A DNA stretch of 64,000 bases from Eledone cirrhosa (taxonomy: Eukaryota). The translations under genes were made by a program, and so were the position numbers. Position 1 is the first letter of the stretch. The number at the start of each line of letters is the position of its first letter. Location: positions 24,552,001 through 24,616,000 of the forward strand of contig OZ024748.1 in NCBI GenBank assembly GCA_964016885.1, given 5' to 3'. The notes beneath the pieces were generated by a model that saw nothing but the letters and a program-made list of their open reading frames with translations, searched no databases and had not been told where the DNA came from. Shown one piece after another: positions 12,260 through 28,775 of the stretch.

Positions 12260-15200
12260 AAAGAGAGAGATAATATAGTGATTATAGTTATACATTTCTT
12301 GAATGATCTTAGTTATATAAACTAAGATCATTCAATATTACTCTACATTTTATGATGAGTTTATATATATATATATATATATATAAATGAGGGGTATAGA
12401 AAACATTGTAGCAAAAAGCCAACAGTATTCCATAATATATATATATATATACAAATTTTAGTACAGCGTTAACGAAGCCTTAGTTTGCGGCCAAGCTAAC
12501 GAATGCAAATTCGGTATGTAGCTTTAGCACTCGGATGGGAATAGTACCCCATATATATATATATATTAGTTTTTACTGTATCATATATAGATTTGAATAT
12601 ATATGTATATACATATTTATATACATACATTAAAAGTTAATATAAACACATGTAATACGAGACATGTGCACACGAATAAAGTCCTTACATATACATGCGA
12701 ACACATTGGAAATCACCGTGCATGTGTATGATTATCTAAACATATACTATCTCTGTATATTTACACACACACACTTATATGTGTGTGTGAATGAATGCCT
12801 AGGGTACATGTTCCCATACGAATATGTGTGTGCGTGTGTTTGACTGAGGGTATATTTACTGACAAACATATCTGTGTGTGTGCTGATATGAATGCGAATT
12901 AGGTTGGAATTTTGCCAAAGAAATAAAGGAACCGGCGGCGAAACCAGCACCGTCTTTAACAATAGAAAACAACCACAACAGCGCCAATCCCTATAAGTCC
13001 ACACAGCACTCCATCGAGAACCTGACTCCCTTAAATTATCCAACCATCCCGTTATCAAATATATTGCGTGAGCTCACCATGACGTCCACCTGTTTTAAGT
13101 AAAAATAAGGGAATTCTTAATGATTTCTTGTATTAGCCTCAAGAATCCAACACTGTGTGTGTGTGTGTGGGGGGGGGGGGTTACATAGAGTAAAAAAGGA
13201 ATGGGCCTAAGTCGGTTTCGACGATGAATGTTCCAGTTGTTTGATCTACAGATCAACATGTTCGTAAATCTAACGTGTAAGTGTGGTTGAGCAATCCACA
13301 GACACGCGCACCCTTAACATAATGCCCAAAGATTCAGCGTGCCAGTGTGTGCGACAAGGGTAGTCATTCGAATTATAGATACGGTGCATCTGATTGGACT
13401 TCCAAACAGTTTCAATCTACCCAATTTCATTCACAAGTCATGTGTCGACGGATTCTATGGCCAAGATGTTACGAATGATTGCGAAACGAACTTAACTATG
13501 GGCCATGCTGTGTCCACTACCAAGTTAAAAGAAGCCAGCAGCAACTAGGAAAGCTTGTTCGTTATATAACTCCCTTCACAACAACCGTCAGGTAAAGAAA
13601 TACCACTAGTCGACCTGACCTGCCAATGCAGGCATTCCATTCTTTTAAAGTTTATCTCGAACTAAAAACTTTTGAAAGTTATCTCTAAGTTACCGAGCTG
13701 AAAGTCTCTTCCTGATCAAACCAGACTTGAAAATCGTTGACACTCTTCATTACTAAGTTCTCCATAGAAATCTAACGTGGAATTTCCATCGTTTGCGTTG
13801 CTTGACTAGTGGATGTATGCACCCGAGTACTCGACAACATTCCAGATACCTGGACGCTGAAGGTCAGCTCTGATCAAACAAATCTGTGATCAAAGGCGTT
13901 CCAGCTGTGACTTTTTTGTATATATATGACTATATTAGTTAATGTGTCTTTCTTTTTTTTTTGTTATCTGTGGTTTAATGAAATTTTGCTGTTATTTCTA
14001 GCAGGTCAAATTACCTTGTAGAGGGTCCCTCGTTCGGAATACTAGTTACTATTGTAGTGTTTGTTGATTGCAGCTCCGTTTAATTTAACGAACTTTGGAA
14101 AGAAGAAATATGGTTGTTAAACAGCGACCACACCTGTTCACCGCCCAGAATTCTCTGTAAATGTCGTAACCTCAGCGCATTCCTACGTATCTTAGCCACA
14201 CCTTAACAATCCCCTCTGTACTACAAATGGAAGGCACGTCTTTCATAAGAAATGAAAGAGCACGTGTGACAAGGGCGGCTCTTTCAATTACAACTCATTG
14301 TTTTTTTTTTTTTTGCTAACTGAATTGACTGGAACAACGTGAAATAGAGTATCTTGCTCAAGGATACAACGGGTAGCAGGGAATCGATCTCACCACATCA
14401 CATATGTAAGCCAAACACCCCAAACCACTAAGCCACGCTTTTACCAAGTCACCTAGATAGACACGTACATAAAATAATTTATAAAAACGAAGGACCTACT
14501 AGAAATAACAAAATCACATCAAATCACAAACCCATTGTCTTAAAATAGTTCTAATATACAAAAAAGAGGGGATGGTCACAGCTGGAACGCCTTTGTTTAC
14601 AAGTCTGGCCTTGGGCTAAATAATAACAACAATAGTAACCAACACAATTACTATGACAGCAACAACTAAAATAATTAAAATGAAAACGATAAATTTATTT
14701 TCCATTTTCCACATTTTGCAAGCCAGACAGTGCGTGAGTGTGTCTAGTATATATGAGTATGAGTGAGAGTGTGGCTAAACTGCTGTGGAAAAAGGAAGAG
14801 TAGAAAGTGAGTGAGAGAAGTTGTACACGACTTCTAAAAAAAAAACTACTTCTCTTTCTCTTTCTGTCTATCTCACATATTTTTCGACTTCTCTCTGTCT
14901 ACCCAATCTCTCTCTCTGTCTGTTTACCACTCTATCTTTCCCCCTCTCTATCAGTCAATATAGTAAGCTGTTATCTTTCTTCATCAATCTTGTCCTCCCT
15001 TTACTCTTTCTTTATGTCTAACATAATACTCCCCTCTCTCTCTCTCTGTCTGTCTGCACACTACCTCTTTCAGTCTATTTACTTCCTTTCTTTCTCCCTC
15101 TGACTAAACCTCCACTCTTTCTCTTTCACTACCCCTCCATCCGTCAGTCTACTCCCGCTCTCTTTGTTGATTCTACCCCCCATTTTGTCTACCATCTATT

Positions 15201-15537
15201 TGTGTCTTAAATCTCTCTTCCCCCCCTGTCTCTCTCTGTTTATTCAAGCCTGTCTTCTCTTTCTGTGTCTCGACTATCTCCGTCTGTCCCTCCACTCCCT
15301 CTTGTTTCTCTATCTATCTCTCTCTCACTCTGGCTGACTATCCCTTCTGTCTGGCTGGCTATCCCACCCTTCCTCTCTGTCTATCTCCCTCTATTTATTT
15401 CACTATCTGTCTATATCCTCTTTCCTCTCTATCTCAACACACACACATATACAGCTAAACCAGCACACACACATATAAGTGTGTATATATATATTTATAT
15501 GTCTGTATGTCCCTCTCCTTTTCTGTCTGCCTCACAG

Positions 15538-16029
15538 TTCTGCCACCCCTTCTCTCTCTGTCTGCGTGTCTCCCTTCCCGTCTCTGTCTACCTCTCTTTC
15601 TGTCTTTCTCCCCCTCTCTCTCGTTTGTCGTCTACGATCTTCAGTCAGGCCGACAGACAAGCAGCAACTGCAACAAAAACAACAGTAGTCATTATAGAAA
15701 TAAGAAAGACAGACACACACACGCATAAAACCGATCGTCTGAATAACAACATTAATACTAAACTACTATTACAAGTAGCAGCACCAATTGTAAAACAACT
15801 ACTAACACACATCAAAACTAACAACATCGGAAATAACAAAAAGCAAAAAGACTACTTGGTCGAGACGAAACAGGAGTATAAAGCAAGAACACTAAAATCA
15901 ACAGTAATACAGTTAGTAAATAAATACTACTAACTTCTACCCGAAAACCGAACCCCGGTACTCTTTGATCGAAGCTGTGTAATATCGGGTAGACTGGATT
16001 TGTATTAAATTTGAAACTCTAGCTGGTGG
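15538..16029 (+). promoter_or_regulatory. Putative Ski 5' UTR start: AG-free pyrimidine tract ending in TTCAG|TC (splice acceptor, or TCAGTC initiator at 15641-15646), then an ATG-free leader
   Basis: No AG in 15538-15642, no ATG between 15650 and 16029, in-frame TGA at 16012-16014. Acceptor versus initiator cannot be resolved from sequence. Confidence 0.45.
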
Positions 16030-17277
16030 ATGGCCTTGTGTCCATCTCACCGTGTCAGCCCACACATCCAAAGGGTACTGAAACACTACCAGAACAGTGC
16101 AATTAGAAGTCTGTGCGGTCCAGATGCTATTGTAGGGTCATCTGACCCCTACCAGACCAGCCTGGCTGCAGGCGACGACGGTGGAGGGCAGCTAGCTTCT
16201 ATATCACCCACCTTGGACGATCTGTATACGGCGGCGGGACAACATCAACAACAACAGCAACACAACCTCCACCACCAGGGCGAGTTTTTTCCTCCTTCGG
16301 CGACTATTACTACTAATAATAGTAGTAGTAGTGGTGGTAGTTGTATTGCTGTTATTTCTAGTAATTCGTCTAATACTACTACTACCAACAACAGCAACCA
16401 CTACCACCACAACGAGAAAGACAGAAACAGTAGTAGTAGTAGTATTAGTAGTAGTAACAGCAGCAAAATCTACAACAGCAACAAGAAGAACAACAGCAGC
16501 AGTAGCGGTGGCGGCGTCGTCGGCGGCGATAGAGGAGCTGGAAGTACCAGTGGGAGTAATAGAAGCAGCCGTGCTAGTTCTCCTCTCTCCCCACCACAAG
16601 CCACCGCCGGTGAGGCTGGTGTTGTACCCGCGGCCACGTCGTCGTCTACCCCGACTGTGGTTGTGTCTGGAATCAGACCTCCGTCCAGGCCTTCTGGCTT
16701 TGACGACGAAGAGGTCTTCATATATCGAACCCATCGGAATAAGGCCATGAGTGGTGTTGTCGCTACTGCTTCGTCGGCAAACGTCGTCAACCCCACAAGT
16801 AGTAGTAGCAGTGCTAGTGGTAGTAGTAGTAGTAGTAACAGCACCAAGCTACCTTCAGAAAAAGGTTTGGAATTTGATCCATTCACATCTCCACCTCCTT
16901 ATCCCATCCAACAGATGCCTGTCTTTACACCTTACGATTCGTATGCGGAACGTTCGGAAACTATATTAGAAAATGAAAGGATTGCTTGTTTCATTATCGG
17001 TGGCGAAAAACGCTTATGTTTACCCCAAATCCTCAATTCAGTCCTCAGACATTTCAACCTGACTCAAATCAACTCCGTCTGTGACGAACTTCATATCTTC
17101 TGTGCCCGATGTAGCCCTGAACAACTGGAAACATTCGTTGCAGCTGGGATTTTACCATGCAGGACGGCCAGTTGTGGACTCATCACCAAAACAGATGCCG
17201 AAAGACTCTGCCATGCGCTTCTTTACAAACGTACGGCCGCCAAACCAGTTGACCCACCATCACCCAGCAGCTTCAAG
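16030..17277 (+). CDS. SKI: Ski/Sno family Smad co-repressor, first coding exon (416 codons: R-Smad-binding motif, low-complexity insert, Dachshund-homology domain)
   Basis: N-terminal [19 protein letters not shown] resembles vertebrate Ski [49 protein letters not shown]...[18 protein letters not shown] is the Ski/Sno DHD. Phase-0 donor AAG|GTAAAG at 17277/17278. Confidence 0.96.
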
Positions 17278-17478
17278 GTAAAGTAGATCTACCTAACTCA
17301 TTATAAATATATATATACAGTATACAATATATATATATGTATATATGTACAATATATATATGTATACACACACATGTATATATACACATGTGTCTATATT
17401 GTCCTACAACCACCTGTCCATAACTATATGTAATAGCTTTCTTGTAATTTGTCCCACTTGTATGTTTCATGTATATTT

Positions 17479-17540
<62 letters not shown>

Positions 17541-18128
17541 ATATATATATATAATTGGAAATTATATATATATATATATATATATACCCATGTATGTATG
17601 CGTACACACATATGTTTATATGTATGTATATGTAATGTATGTATATAGATGAAAACATACCCGCATGTAGTTTTGTGTATATATACACACACAGGCGTAT
17701 ATATATGTACACCAGCGGAGGTCAAGTGAATAAGAATGTATATAGGAGCGATTTTCTTCTGTACACCCACCCACACACACACATATATATATATACACCA
17801 TATATACATACATATGTGTGAAAGGTCAGTTTGGTCAGTGGATAGTTCTGACCAGAAAATTATTCAATGTTAGTTAATACGAACACGTGTTTTTCTTGAT
17901 GATATAACTTGTAATATAACTCGTAATGTTGTTGTTTTTCAAAAATTTCACAACTCATTCTTTGCAAACCCTTCTTAAACTTGCTTCTTTTCATTTTCAA
18001 ACCATTTTCCCCTTTGATTTTTTAAAACAAGTAATATTCCTCATGTTTTTACCATTTCTCCTGTTGAGTTTTATCATTCTTCTCATATTTTATTTTTGTT
18101 TTCCTGGTGATTTTAGTCCCTATTTATT

Positions 18129-18328
18129 NNNNNNNNNNNNNNNNNNNNNNNNNNNNNNNNNNNNNNNNNNNNNNNNNNNNNNNNNNNNNNNNNNNNNNNN
18201 NNNNNNNNNNNNNNNNNNNNNNNNNNNNNNNNNNNNNNNNNNNNNNNNNNNNNNNNNNNNNNNNNNNNNNNNNNNNNNNNNNNNNNNNNNNNNNNNNNNN
18301 NNNNNNNNNNNNNNNNNNNNNNNNNNNN
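18129..18328. other. Assembly gap (200 N)
   Basis: Direct reading. Confidence 1.
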
Positions 18329-18574
18329 ATTCACTCACACATACTCACCACACACACACACACACACATATATATAAACAAAGCGGTTGACTTAAGAAGC
18401 AATTGGGAAATTTCAAATGTCTACCTCCCAACGCAAATAGCCACAATATCAAGGGATCATTACAAATAAAAGTTGAGATAATACATTTTTTTAAAAGTCA
18501 TAGCTGAGTCTCTGATCGAGTAAGACAGCCGTGATCATGCAACCGCACTCTATGTAAGATTACACACAATAATA

Positions 18575-18900
18575 ATCATTTCTGATTTAGACACAAGTCC
18601 AGCAATTTTGGAGAGGAGAACATCGATTAGATTGACTCAAGTATATTACTGGTACTTTTTTTTATCGATCCCGTAATAATGGTTTCTTATATAGGCACAA
18701 GGCCAGTAATTTGGGGGAGAGGAAAGTCGATTAAATCGACCACAGTGCGTGACTGGTACTTTATTTTATCGCCCCATAAGGATAGGATGAAAGGCAAAGT
18801 TAACCTCGGCGGGATTTGAGCTCAGATCATAAAGAGCCGTAACTCTATGCTGCAAAGCATGGCGTCCGACCCTCTACCGATACTGCCAATCCACCAATGT
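18575..18900 (-). mobile_element. Two octopus-type SINE copies/fragments
   Basis: ggatgaaaggcaaagttaacctcggcgggatttgagctcag...ccgatactgccaatcc. Confidence 0.85.
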
Positions 18901-19239
18901 TTCTACTTTTGGCACATACTGGTGCTTTATTTTATCGATAATAATAAACCGGTTGGGTGTGATATGAGGGAGATTTAGCTGGGATTTCTAGTAGTTCGTG
19001 CAAACACATTTATAATACATGCTAGTGTGTCGTGTTTTACAGACGGAGGCCCTTAGACAAGAAAATTATCATCATCATCATCCTCATCACCACCACAGTT
19101 GATGGTTAAGTACGTACCAGTAATTTACTTAGGTGTGATTTGATATTCCGCTTACTTTATCTTAGATGTAAATAACCCAACTGTTTGTGGCTTCATCTGA
19201 AGGAGGTGTGTAGACGGAGGAGGGAGACTTCTAGACTGG

Positions 19240-19520
19240 TAAAATGTCAGGCTACCAAAAATATATATACACACATACATACCCTCTCAGACTACCATAA
19301 ATATATATACACATACATACTTTATAAATATCAGGCTACCATAAATATATATACATACACTCTTTATAAAATATCAAGCTACTATAAATATATACACACA
19401 TACACCCTTTATAATATATCAGGCTACCATAAATATATACACACACACACATACTCTCTTTATAATATATATACACATACATACACTCTATAAAATATCA
19501 GACTACCATAAATATAAATA
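19240..19520. repeat. ~40-bp degenerate minisatellite (aatatcaggctaccataaatatatacacacatacactctttat)
   Basis: About 7 imperfect copies. Confidence 0.8.
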
Positions 19521-19538
19521 CCTGCACGTACAAAACTG

Positions 19539-21684
<2,146 letters not shown>

Positions 21685-21691
21685 CGACTGC

Positions 21692-21706
21692 GGCGCCAAG
21701 CGGTCT
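21692..21706 (+). promoter_or_regulatory. Candidate BMP-responsive Smad composite element GGCGCC-N5-GTCT
   Basis: ggcgcc aagcg gtct: exact match to the Smad1/5 + Smad4 (Mad/Medea) spacing. Confidence 0.55.
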
Positions 21707-22808
21707 CGGCTTGTTCTCTCTATATCTATCAACATCGTTTTACGTCTATTTTCCATGCTTGCATGAACAACCATTTTCGATCAGTGGGCCGCATAGGATG
21801 TGGCTTATAAGGCGGCCCGCACTACTATACAAAATTCAAGGCCATTTTGAAATTAGGCATGCCATTCAGAAAGCCAAACGGCTCAGTTTGCCCATGACTG
21901 GGTTAGACTGATTACATCACTTTGTCTTGTTCATATAATCTCTTTTGGTACGGGTTCTGTGTTTGGGATGCCCTCCCTAACGCTAGTCACTTTACGACCT
22001 GTACCTAGTTAGATTTTTTTGTCTTGTTTCTGTAGCATTAACACTATTTGTTTTGTGTCGGGGGTGAGGGTGATTCCAACGACCCGAGAGGGAGCAGGCA
22101 ATTTAGAACTGTGACCCCTATCTATACAGTAACATTAAATGATGCCAAACCGAAAGAATTTAGATTGAGGCCATCGACCAAGTGCACGAAACCCCGTGGT
22201 GGAGAGCGAGGTACGATGTACTAGCATGTTACTATTACAGTGACATAGTTTCCCTACTATACTTTACACATGAATTAGCCAAAACAGCAGATAAAGCTAC
22301 TGCCAACCTCCAGCTACCCTAAAAACCGCCTGTAGAGTTTCAAATAGCAGCAAAGGCCGGACTGCCACAGTAATGGTACTACGGCATTCAACGTATTTCA
22401 TTGTTAGCGGGTACCCGCTACCCCTATTCGTTAAACAATAGGTTTAGCTATAAATAAAACGCGAGAAAAACTGTTGAAATGGCAAGGAGACCAACCAACC
22501 AGCCTCTCAACCATCACCCTGGAAATAAAGACAGCGATTGGTGCGGCAGCTCCACACGGGCTGGAATGGGACTCATGGATATTCCATCAGAATAAGAAAC
22601 AAGCAAGCATGGGGGATATTGTGACAGAAGATAGAAAGGATGGGATGATGATTGTGTGAGTGATGTAAGATTAGGAAGGCTGATGTACATGGTTAGAGTG
22701 CAACACTGTTAGGAAAAGAGGAACCTATGGTGGAGCATGTTATGGACAATAAAACCAGTTAGGTTGTAGACAACTCCGCATGACGGTGTATGTTGTGTGT
22801 CCATCTAC

Positions 22809-22944
22809 GGCCAATATTAGACGGTGGGACAGTAGGGTGACCCTCCCAGGACGGTCTCGGGCCAATATTGGGTGGTGGGTCGGTAGGGTGACTCTCCCAG
22901 GACGGTCTCGGGCCAATATTGGGTGGTGGGTCGGTAGGGTGACC
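22809..22944. repeat. 51-bp tandem repeat (~2.7 copies) containing TAGGGTGAC
   Basis: tagggtgac at 22833, 22884 and 22935. Confidence 0.9.
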
Positions 22945-23512
22945 CATACATCTTGCAAGAATATGTCAGACGACATAAGCAAGTGTTAAATATCCGTCCT
23001 CAGCACTAAACCAATACAATGAGAATCGATGTTAAGTTGTTCCTTGGTGTTTTCGACAAAGTCAGTTGAAAAGAACAACGTAGAAGAGTAAATCAAAGGA
23101 AAGACGAGGCAATCCTCTTACTTCTTACTGGTATTTAATAAATATGTGAAAGATTCAGGTGAATGGGTTCCAAGGAAGCATTCGTATTTTCTAGCCTACA
23201 ACAATGCAATACTGAAACATCATTAATTGCATTCTAGCACGGCCTGATATTCACTCACTCACATATCTATATTGCCTTCCGGAGTTGAGAAAAGTACCAG
23301 TTTCGTAATGGGATCAATATAAACGACTTTTTCTCTTTCACTAAATTACTGGCCTTGTGCCAACGTTGGAAAGAATTATACTTGGTAAACAAACAAGTGT
23401 GGTGAGGGTGTCTTCGGATGCACGAGTCGATGTCTCGTCAGGCAATGGAGTAATATAGGTATTTCAGCCCAACATCATCAAATCTAACTACTTGCTCCCG
23501 ATTAGGTATGCA

Positions 23513-23899
23513 CGAGGGTAATTCCAAAAGTAAGGTCCCCAAAGCGATGGGGACGCGGAGAAACTGTTCGTACGGCTGTTGGCAACACTGTTGTGATTGG
23601 TGCTTCCTTCACTCCCAAACAAGCATGCTCGCGCTTCGCTGGGATGCTCAATCTTTGCTTGGCAGCCGTTGAGAATGGAGCTCCCGTTGAACGCTACCGC
23701 CAAGTGCGAATTTCGCAATATATACGAGGGCAATCCCAAAATAAAGTCTCCTTCCTAGGAAAACATGCTTAAAGATCGGCGGATCACTCTGGATGCTCTC
23801 TGCATTTTGGTTCCTGAGGTTTCCCGAAACACCATCCACAGGATTTTAACGGAAAAGTTGTAATATCGGAAGGAGACCTTACTTTTGGGATTGCCCTCG
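23513..23899 (+). mobile_element. Internally deleted mariner transposon with a duplicated left TIR
   Basis: TIR cgagggcaatcccaaaa.taa.gtctcc at 23725, its inverse ending at 23899, and an extra left TIR at 23513. Internal frame ENMLKDRRITLDALCILVPEVSRNTIHRILTEKL resembles the mariner transposase HTH region. Confidence 0.8.
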
Positions 23900-24001
23900 T
23901 TTCTATATTTATAGCAGCCGAGGGCAACTTCTTTTACCGTCTTTAAGGGGGTTTCACCCTATTTCATAAACTATTTTATAGCATCTCCGCACACCTCTCT
24001 C

Positions 24002-24055
<54 letters not shown>

Positions 24056-25217
24056 GAAGTCATTTCTGGTGCCATACCTACCTGAATAGTGGAGTTTCCA
24101 TCCTCCATCTATATCTACAAAACCCCGTAGCATCTGATTTTCACCATTAGTTCCTGCTCCTTATAGCTTTACCTGTAAGAGTTGCCAATTGTTAAGATTT
24201 GCTCCCCATCTGGATTAGTACTTTAGACAAAATAACTGTTGCATGGTTTGGTGAGATGAGAGCATGGATAATGGAGGAGAAAAAATACGTGTGGCCCAAG
24301 AATTTGGACATTCTTTAGTAGCGCCAATAACACACACACACGCACACATACACACAGTGCAACACTAAAAGTAAGTAAATGTGGTGAGAGAGACTGGAGG
24401 TTACAGTATTTGGTAATGGAACAGACAATATAGTGTTTGAGAGGATTCTTTAGTCTGGCTTAAGATACATCATCTCTGCCACGATAAAATACACCCAGTA
24501 CACTCTGTAAAGTGTTAGTGCTAATAACACGATTACATACACCCAATACACCCTGTAAAGTAATGCTGGCGCTACGATAAAAGGCACCCAGTCCACACTG
24601 GAAAGTGGTAGCGCTTGTGTCACGAAAACGTAAGGTGGTTGGCATTATGAAGGGCATTTGGCATCGTACCAAATATAGACGGTAACGAGGAAGGTTTCAG
24701 ACCGTGCTATCCCGTCCAACCCATACCAACTTGGAAAGAAGACGTAAAATGAAGATGATACACACACACAGACACGCGCATCCGTCTATAAACACACACA
24801 CGTACACAGAATTATGTATGTGTCCAACACATTAATTTTATAACTTCAGTCAAATATTTTATTCCAATACTTGTGTGTATTGGAATAAAACACAAGCACA
24901 CTCAGTGGAATTCTGTTATAACGAAATTCATGGTGTATAAAAAAATTCGTTGTAACGAAAAATTCTTTATAACGAGAACGACCGAAACAAATTCGTTATA
25001 ACGCAGTGTATATATATATAGCATGTTTCCGTATATGTGTGTGTATCCAATCACTAGCATTTTTCCATGTTTTCTTAAAGCTAGCGACATTCTGTTACAT
25101 CAGTCGGCCAGTTCACGTAAGTTGGCACACCACATACACACACACACGTGTGTGTGTGTATTTGATTCATTTCATACATAAGTTAAACACGCGTGTTCGT
25201 GTATCTGTATATATATA

Positions 25218-25276
<59 letters not shown>

Positions 25277-25278
<2 letters not shown>

Positions 25279-25429
25279 AAAATTCCGTTATAACGAATAC
25301 CATTATAACGAATTTTTCAGTATAACGAAATTTTTTTTCAATCCCCGGCCACACGCTCAATGTTAGGTCGATCTCGTTATAAAGAATGTTCTTATACCCC
25401 GTGAATTTCGTTATAACGGAATTTTACAG
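25277..25429. mobile_element. Tigger/pogo-like MITE
   Basis: TIRs gtaaaattccgttataacga / tcgttataacggaattttac; related fragment at 24902-25005. Confidence 0.7.
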
Positions 25430-25543
25430 TATATATATATATATATATATACTGTAAAATTCCGTATATATATATATATATATATAATGGAAAAATTTGA
25501 ACAAGGACAAAACAGAGAGGCAGTAGAGAGAGAGAGAGAGAAT

Positions 25544-25581
<38 letters not shown>

Positions 25582-26383
25582 TTATTACAACTATCACCAG
25601 CACCATTATCACCAGCACCACCATCACCACTACCACCACCACCACCACTATTAGAACTACCACTACCTCTACTACTACAAGTGGAGGTAGAGTCAATACT
25701 GATTTGATAATCGAATGTTGGCGATTTCGACTCCAGTTCGCTATTTTCCAACATAAAACAGTTCAATCCATAAATTATGTAATCAGTGATGTATATGTGA
25801 GGGACAGGAAAATATATGGACGGGGAGGGGCTTGTTACATATTCTCCATCTACGGGACAATCCATTTCCACATGTATGTATATATATGTATATATATATA
25901 CACACGTTTGTGTATATATACATATGTATACCTGATGATTTCATACGAATGAAATAGTTCTAGTCCTGTAGAAGTCATTTCTATATAAAATAAAAAAATG
26001 TCTATACTATACCAATATATTGAGTACCTTTTTAAATTGTGCTTACAGCTCGACATATCTCGGGAATCAATCTATCTAAGAAACATATCTATCTATCTAT
26101 ATGAAGCGACAGATCTGAAACTTCGAAGTCACTGCCACCTTTTTACAATTTTACACTCACCCACCAGTATTGAGTACTCATTCAATTAATGTTTGAATGT
26201 TTTAAATACTACGGTATATTAAACACACACACACATGTATATATATATTCCACACACATACACATATATATTCTGTAATTAGCTCCGAAAATTTTCCTTT
26301 TCTTTTTTCTTCGAGCACTTTGTTAGTAGACCCCTCCACAAGAAATATATTCCTTACATTTGTAAAACATTCTATGTAGCTGT

Positions 26384-26451
<68 letters not shown>

Positions 26452-26721
26452 ATGCGTGTGTGTACATATATACACACATACACACATACACACACACACA
26501 GACAGACATTTTCTGTTTGCAATGTGCGTTAGTATGTGTGTCAACATATAGCTAAGTATGTGTAAGATTGAGAGTCTGGCTGTCTACATATCTTTGCATA
26601 TCTGATATACCAGCCACTTCTCTCTCTCTCATATATATATATATAATGCTAACACACACGATACACAAAGATAGTTATACTTATATGTATGTATGTGTGT
26701 GTATGTATGTATGTATGTATG

Positions 26722-26839
<118 letters not shown>

Positions 26840-27329
26840 CGCATATATATATACATACACACACATACATGTGTATCGTGTGTGTTAGCATTCTCCTCTT
26901 GTAGCCATGTGTCTGTGTGTGTGTGTTTGCTATGATATAACATCTACTAAGCAAACCAACACTGACCTTAATTACCCCCTCCCACCACCACACCACCTCT
27001 TCATCTTTACCAGGCCGCCACTTCCTCTCTGACTCTCCTCCTCCCCTTCACCACTCTATACCCTAATACATTAGTTATTTATATACAGTTACGAGTCTCG
27101 CTCATACTTTCTCCCTCCCCCTCATCCCTCTCTCTCTTTTTCCCTGCCAACACACACACACACACACTCTCTTTTTCCCTGCCTACACACACATACTCTC
27201 TCTCTTTCCCTGTCTACACACATTTACACTCTCATCCACTCTCTCCTCCCTCTCTCATAACTTTTATATATCTTTATTCTATTCTTATCTTTAGTTTTTA
27301 TACTCACATCAATTCTATTTCACCCTCTG

Positions 27330-28015
27330 TCTCTGAGATAATTTCATAATATATCTATTTTACTCTCTTTCTCTCGTATATTTTATCTTTTATTTTTCCT
27401 CCTATATTTTATACTATATCTATTCACTCTCTTTCTCTCCTATTATATTTTTTACTATATCTATTCACTATCTTTCTCTCCTACTATATTTTATACTAGA
27501 GCTATTTTACTCTCATTCCCTCCTACTATATTTGCTACTATATCTATTTACTCTCATTCTCTCCTACTATATTTTCTACTATATTTATTCACTCTCTTTC
27601 TCTCCTACCATATTTTATACTATATCTATTCACTCTTTATTTCCTACTACATTTTATACTATATCTATTCACTCTTTCTTTCCTCCTATATTTTATACTA
27701 TATCTATTCACTCTCTTTCTCTCCTACCATATTTTATACTATATCTATTCACTCTCTTTTCCCTCTCTTCTCACCTACTATATTTTATACTATATCTATT
27801 CACTCTCTTTTCCCTCTCTTCTCTCCTATATTTTATATTATATCTATTCACTCTCTTTTCCCTCTCTTCTCTGCTATATTTTATACTATATCTTTTCCCT
27901 CTCTTCTCTCCTATATTTTATACTATATCTATTTACTCTCTTTCTCTGCTATATCTTATACTATATCTATTTACTCTCATTCTCCTATTATATTTTCTAT
28001 ACTTTACTAATATAC
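27330..28015. repeat. Degenerate ~38-45 bp pyrimidine-rich minisatellite (ttttatactatatctattcactctctttctctcctac)
   Basis: More than 12 imperfect copies. Confidence 0.85.
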
Positions 28016-28224
28016 ATATTCCTATACATCTTTTTTCACTCTTTCTGATTTAAAAAAAGATATTCCTCTCCTTATTATTACCCTCGCCATACTCTCTACT
28101 ATCTTTTAATTTATTACTTTTATTTTTGCTATTCCTATCCAACTTTTCACAATAGCTTTCTTCATTTCTCTTTTTCTTAGTCTAGTATTAACACCTTTTT
28201 CTTCTTCATATCTTACTACTTCTC

Positions 28225-28255
<31 letters not shown>

Positions 28256-28396
28256 CGCAGCCCTGCATTATACACTCCCCCCTCTTTTACTAGTCCCTTC
28301 TGTCATATTTTCTGTTATAAGCTATTTGGTTTGTTCTTTTTGCATTTCTTTTATCTACCCTTTCCCACTTTCGCCTGCCTCTATCCTAACATTGTG

Positions 28397-28436
<40 letters not shown>

Positions 28437-28689
28437 TATATATATATATATATTGTGTGTGTGTATTTCATTGATATTTTCACTCTCGATCGATGAATTA
28501 CATATATTTATTCCATTTTTTTTAAAGACAAACTATTTCTAACCACCCTTTATTACTCAACATTGTATATGTATGTATACAACATTTGGTACGCTATCAT
28601 CAGATAAAATACAAAATGTTTTATAAACTATTTGATATGACCAAGGATAATATACATTAACGGTTCAAGCTATCCCTGGAAAGCCCTCT

Positions 28690-28775
<86 letters not shown>

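Noticed and set aside
15265-15933. 222-aa ORF upstream of Ski
   Set aside because: GTG start, low complexity, no recognisable domain; better explained as intron or promoter plus 5' UTR
16204-16886. Antisense and alternative-frame ORFs over Ski exon 1
   Set aside because: Shadows of trinucleotide-rich coding sequence
17278-17286. ORF-track stop making Ski a 418-aa single-exon gene
   Set aside because: A GT donor at 17278 and the in-frame SAND exon at 56302 explain the truncation
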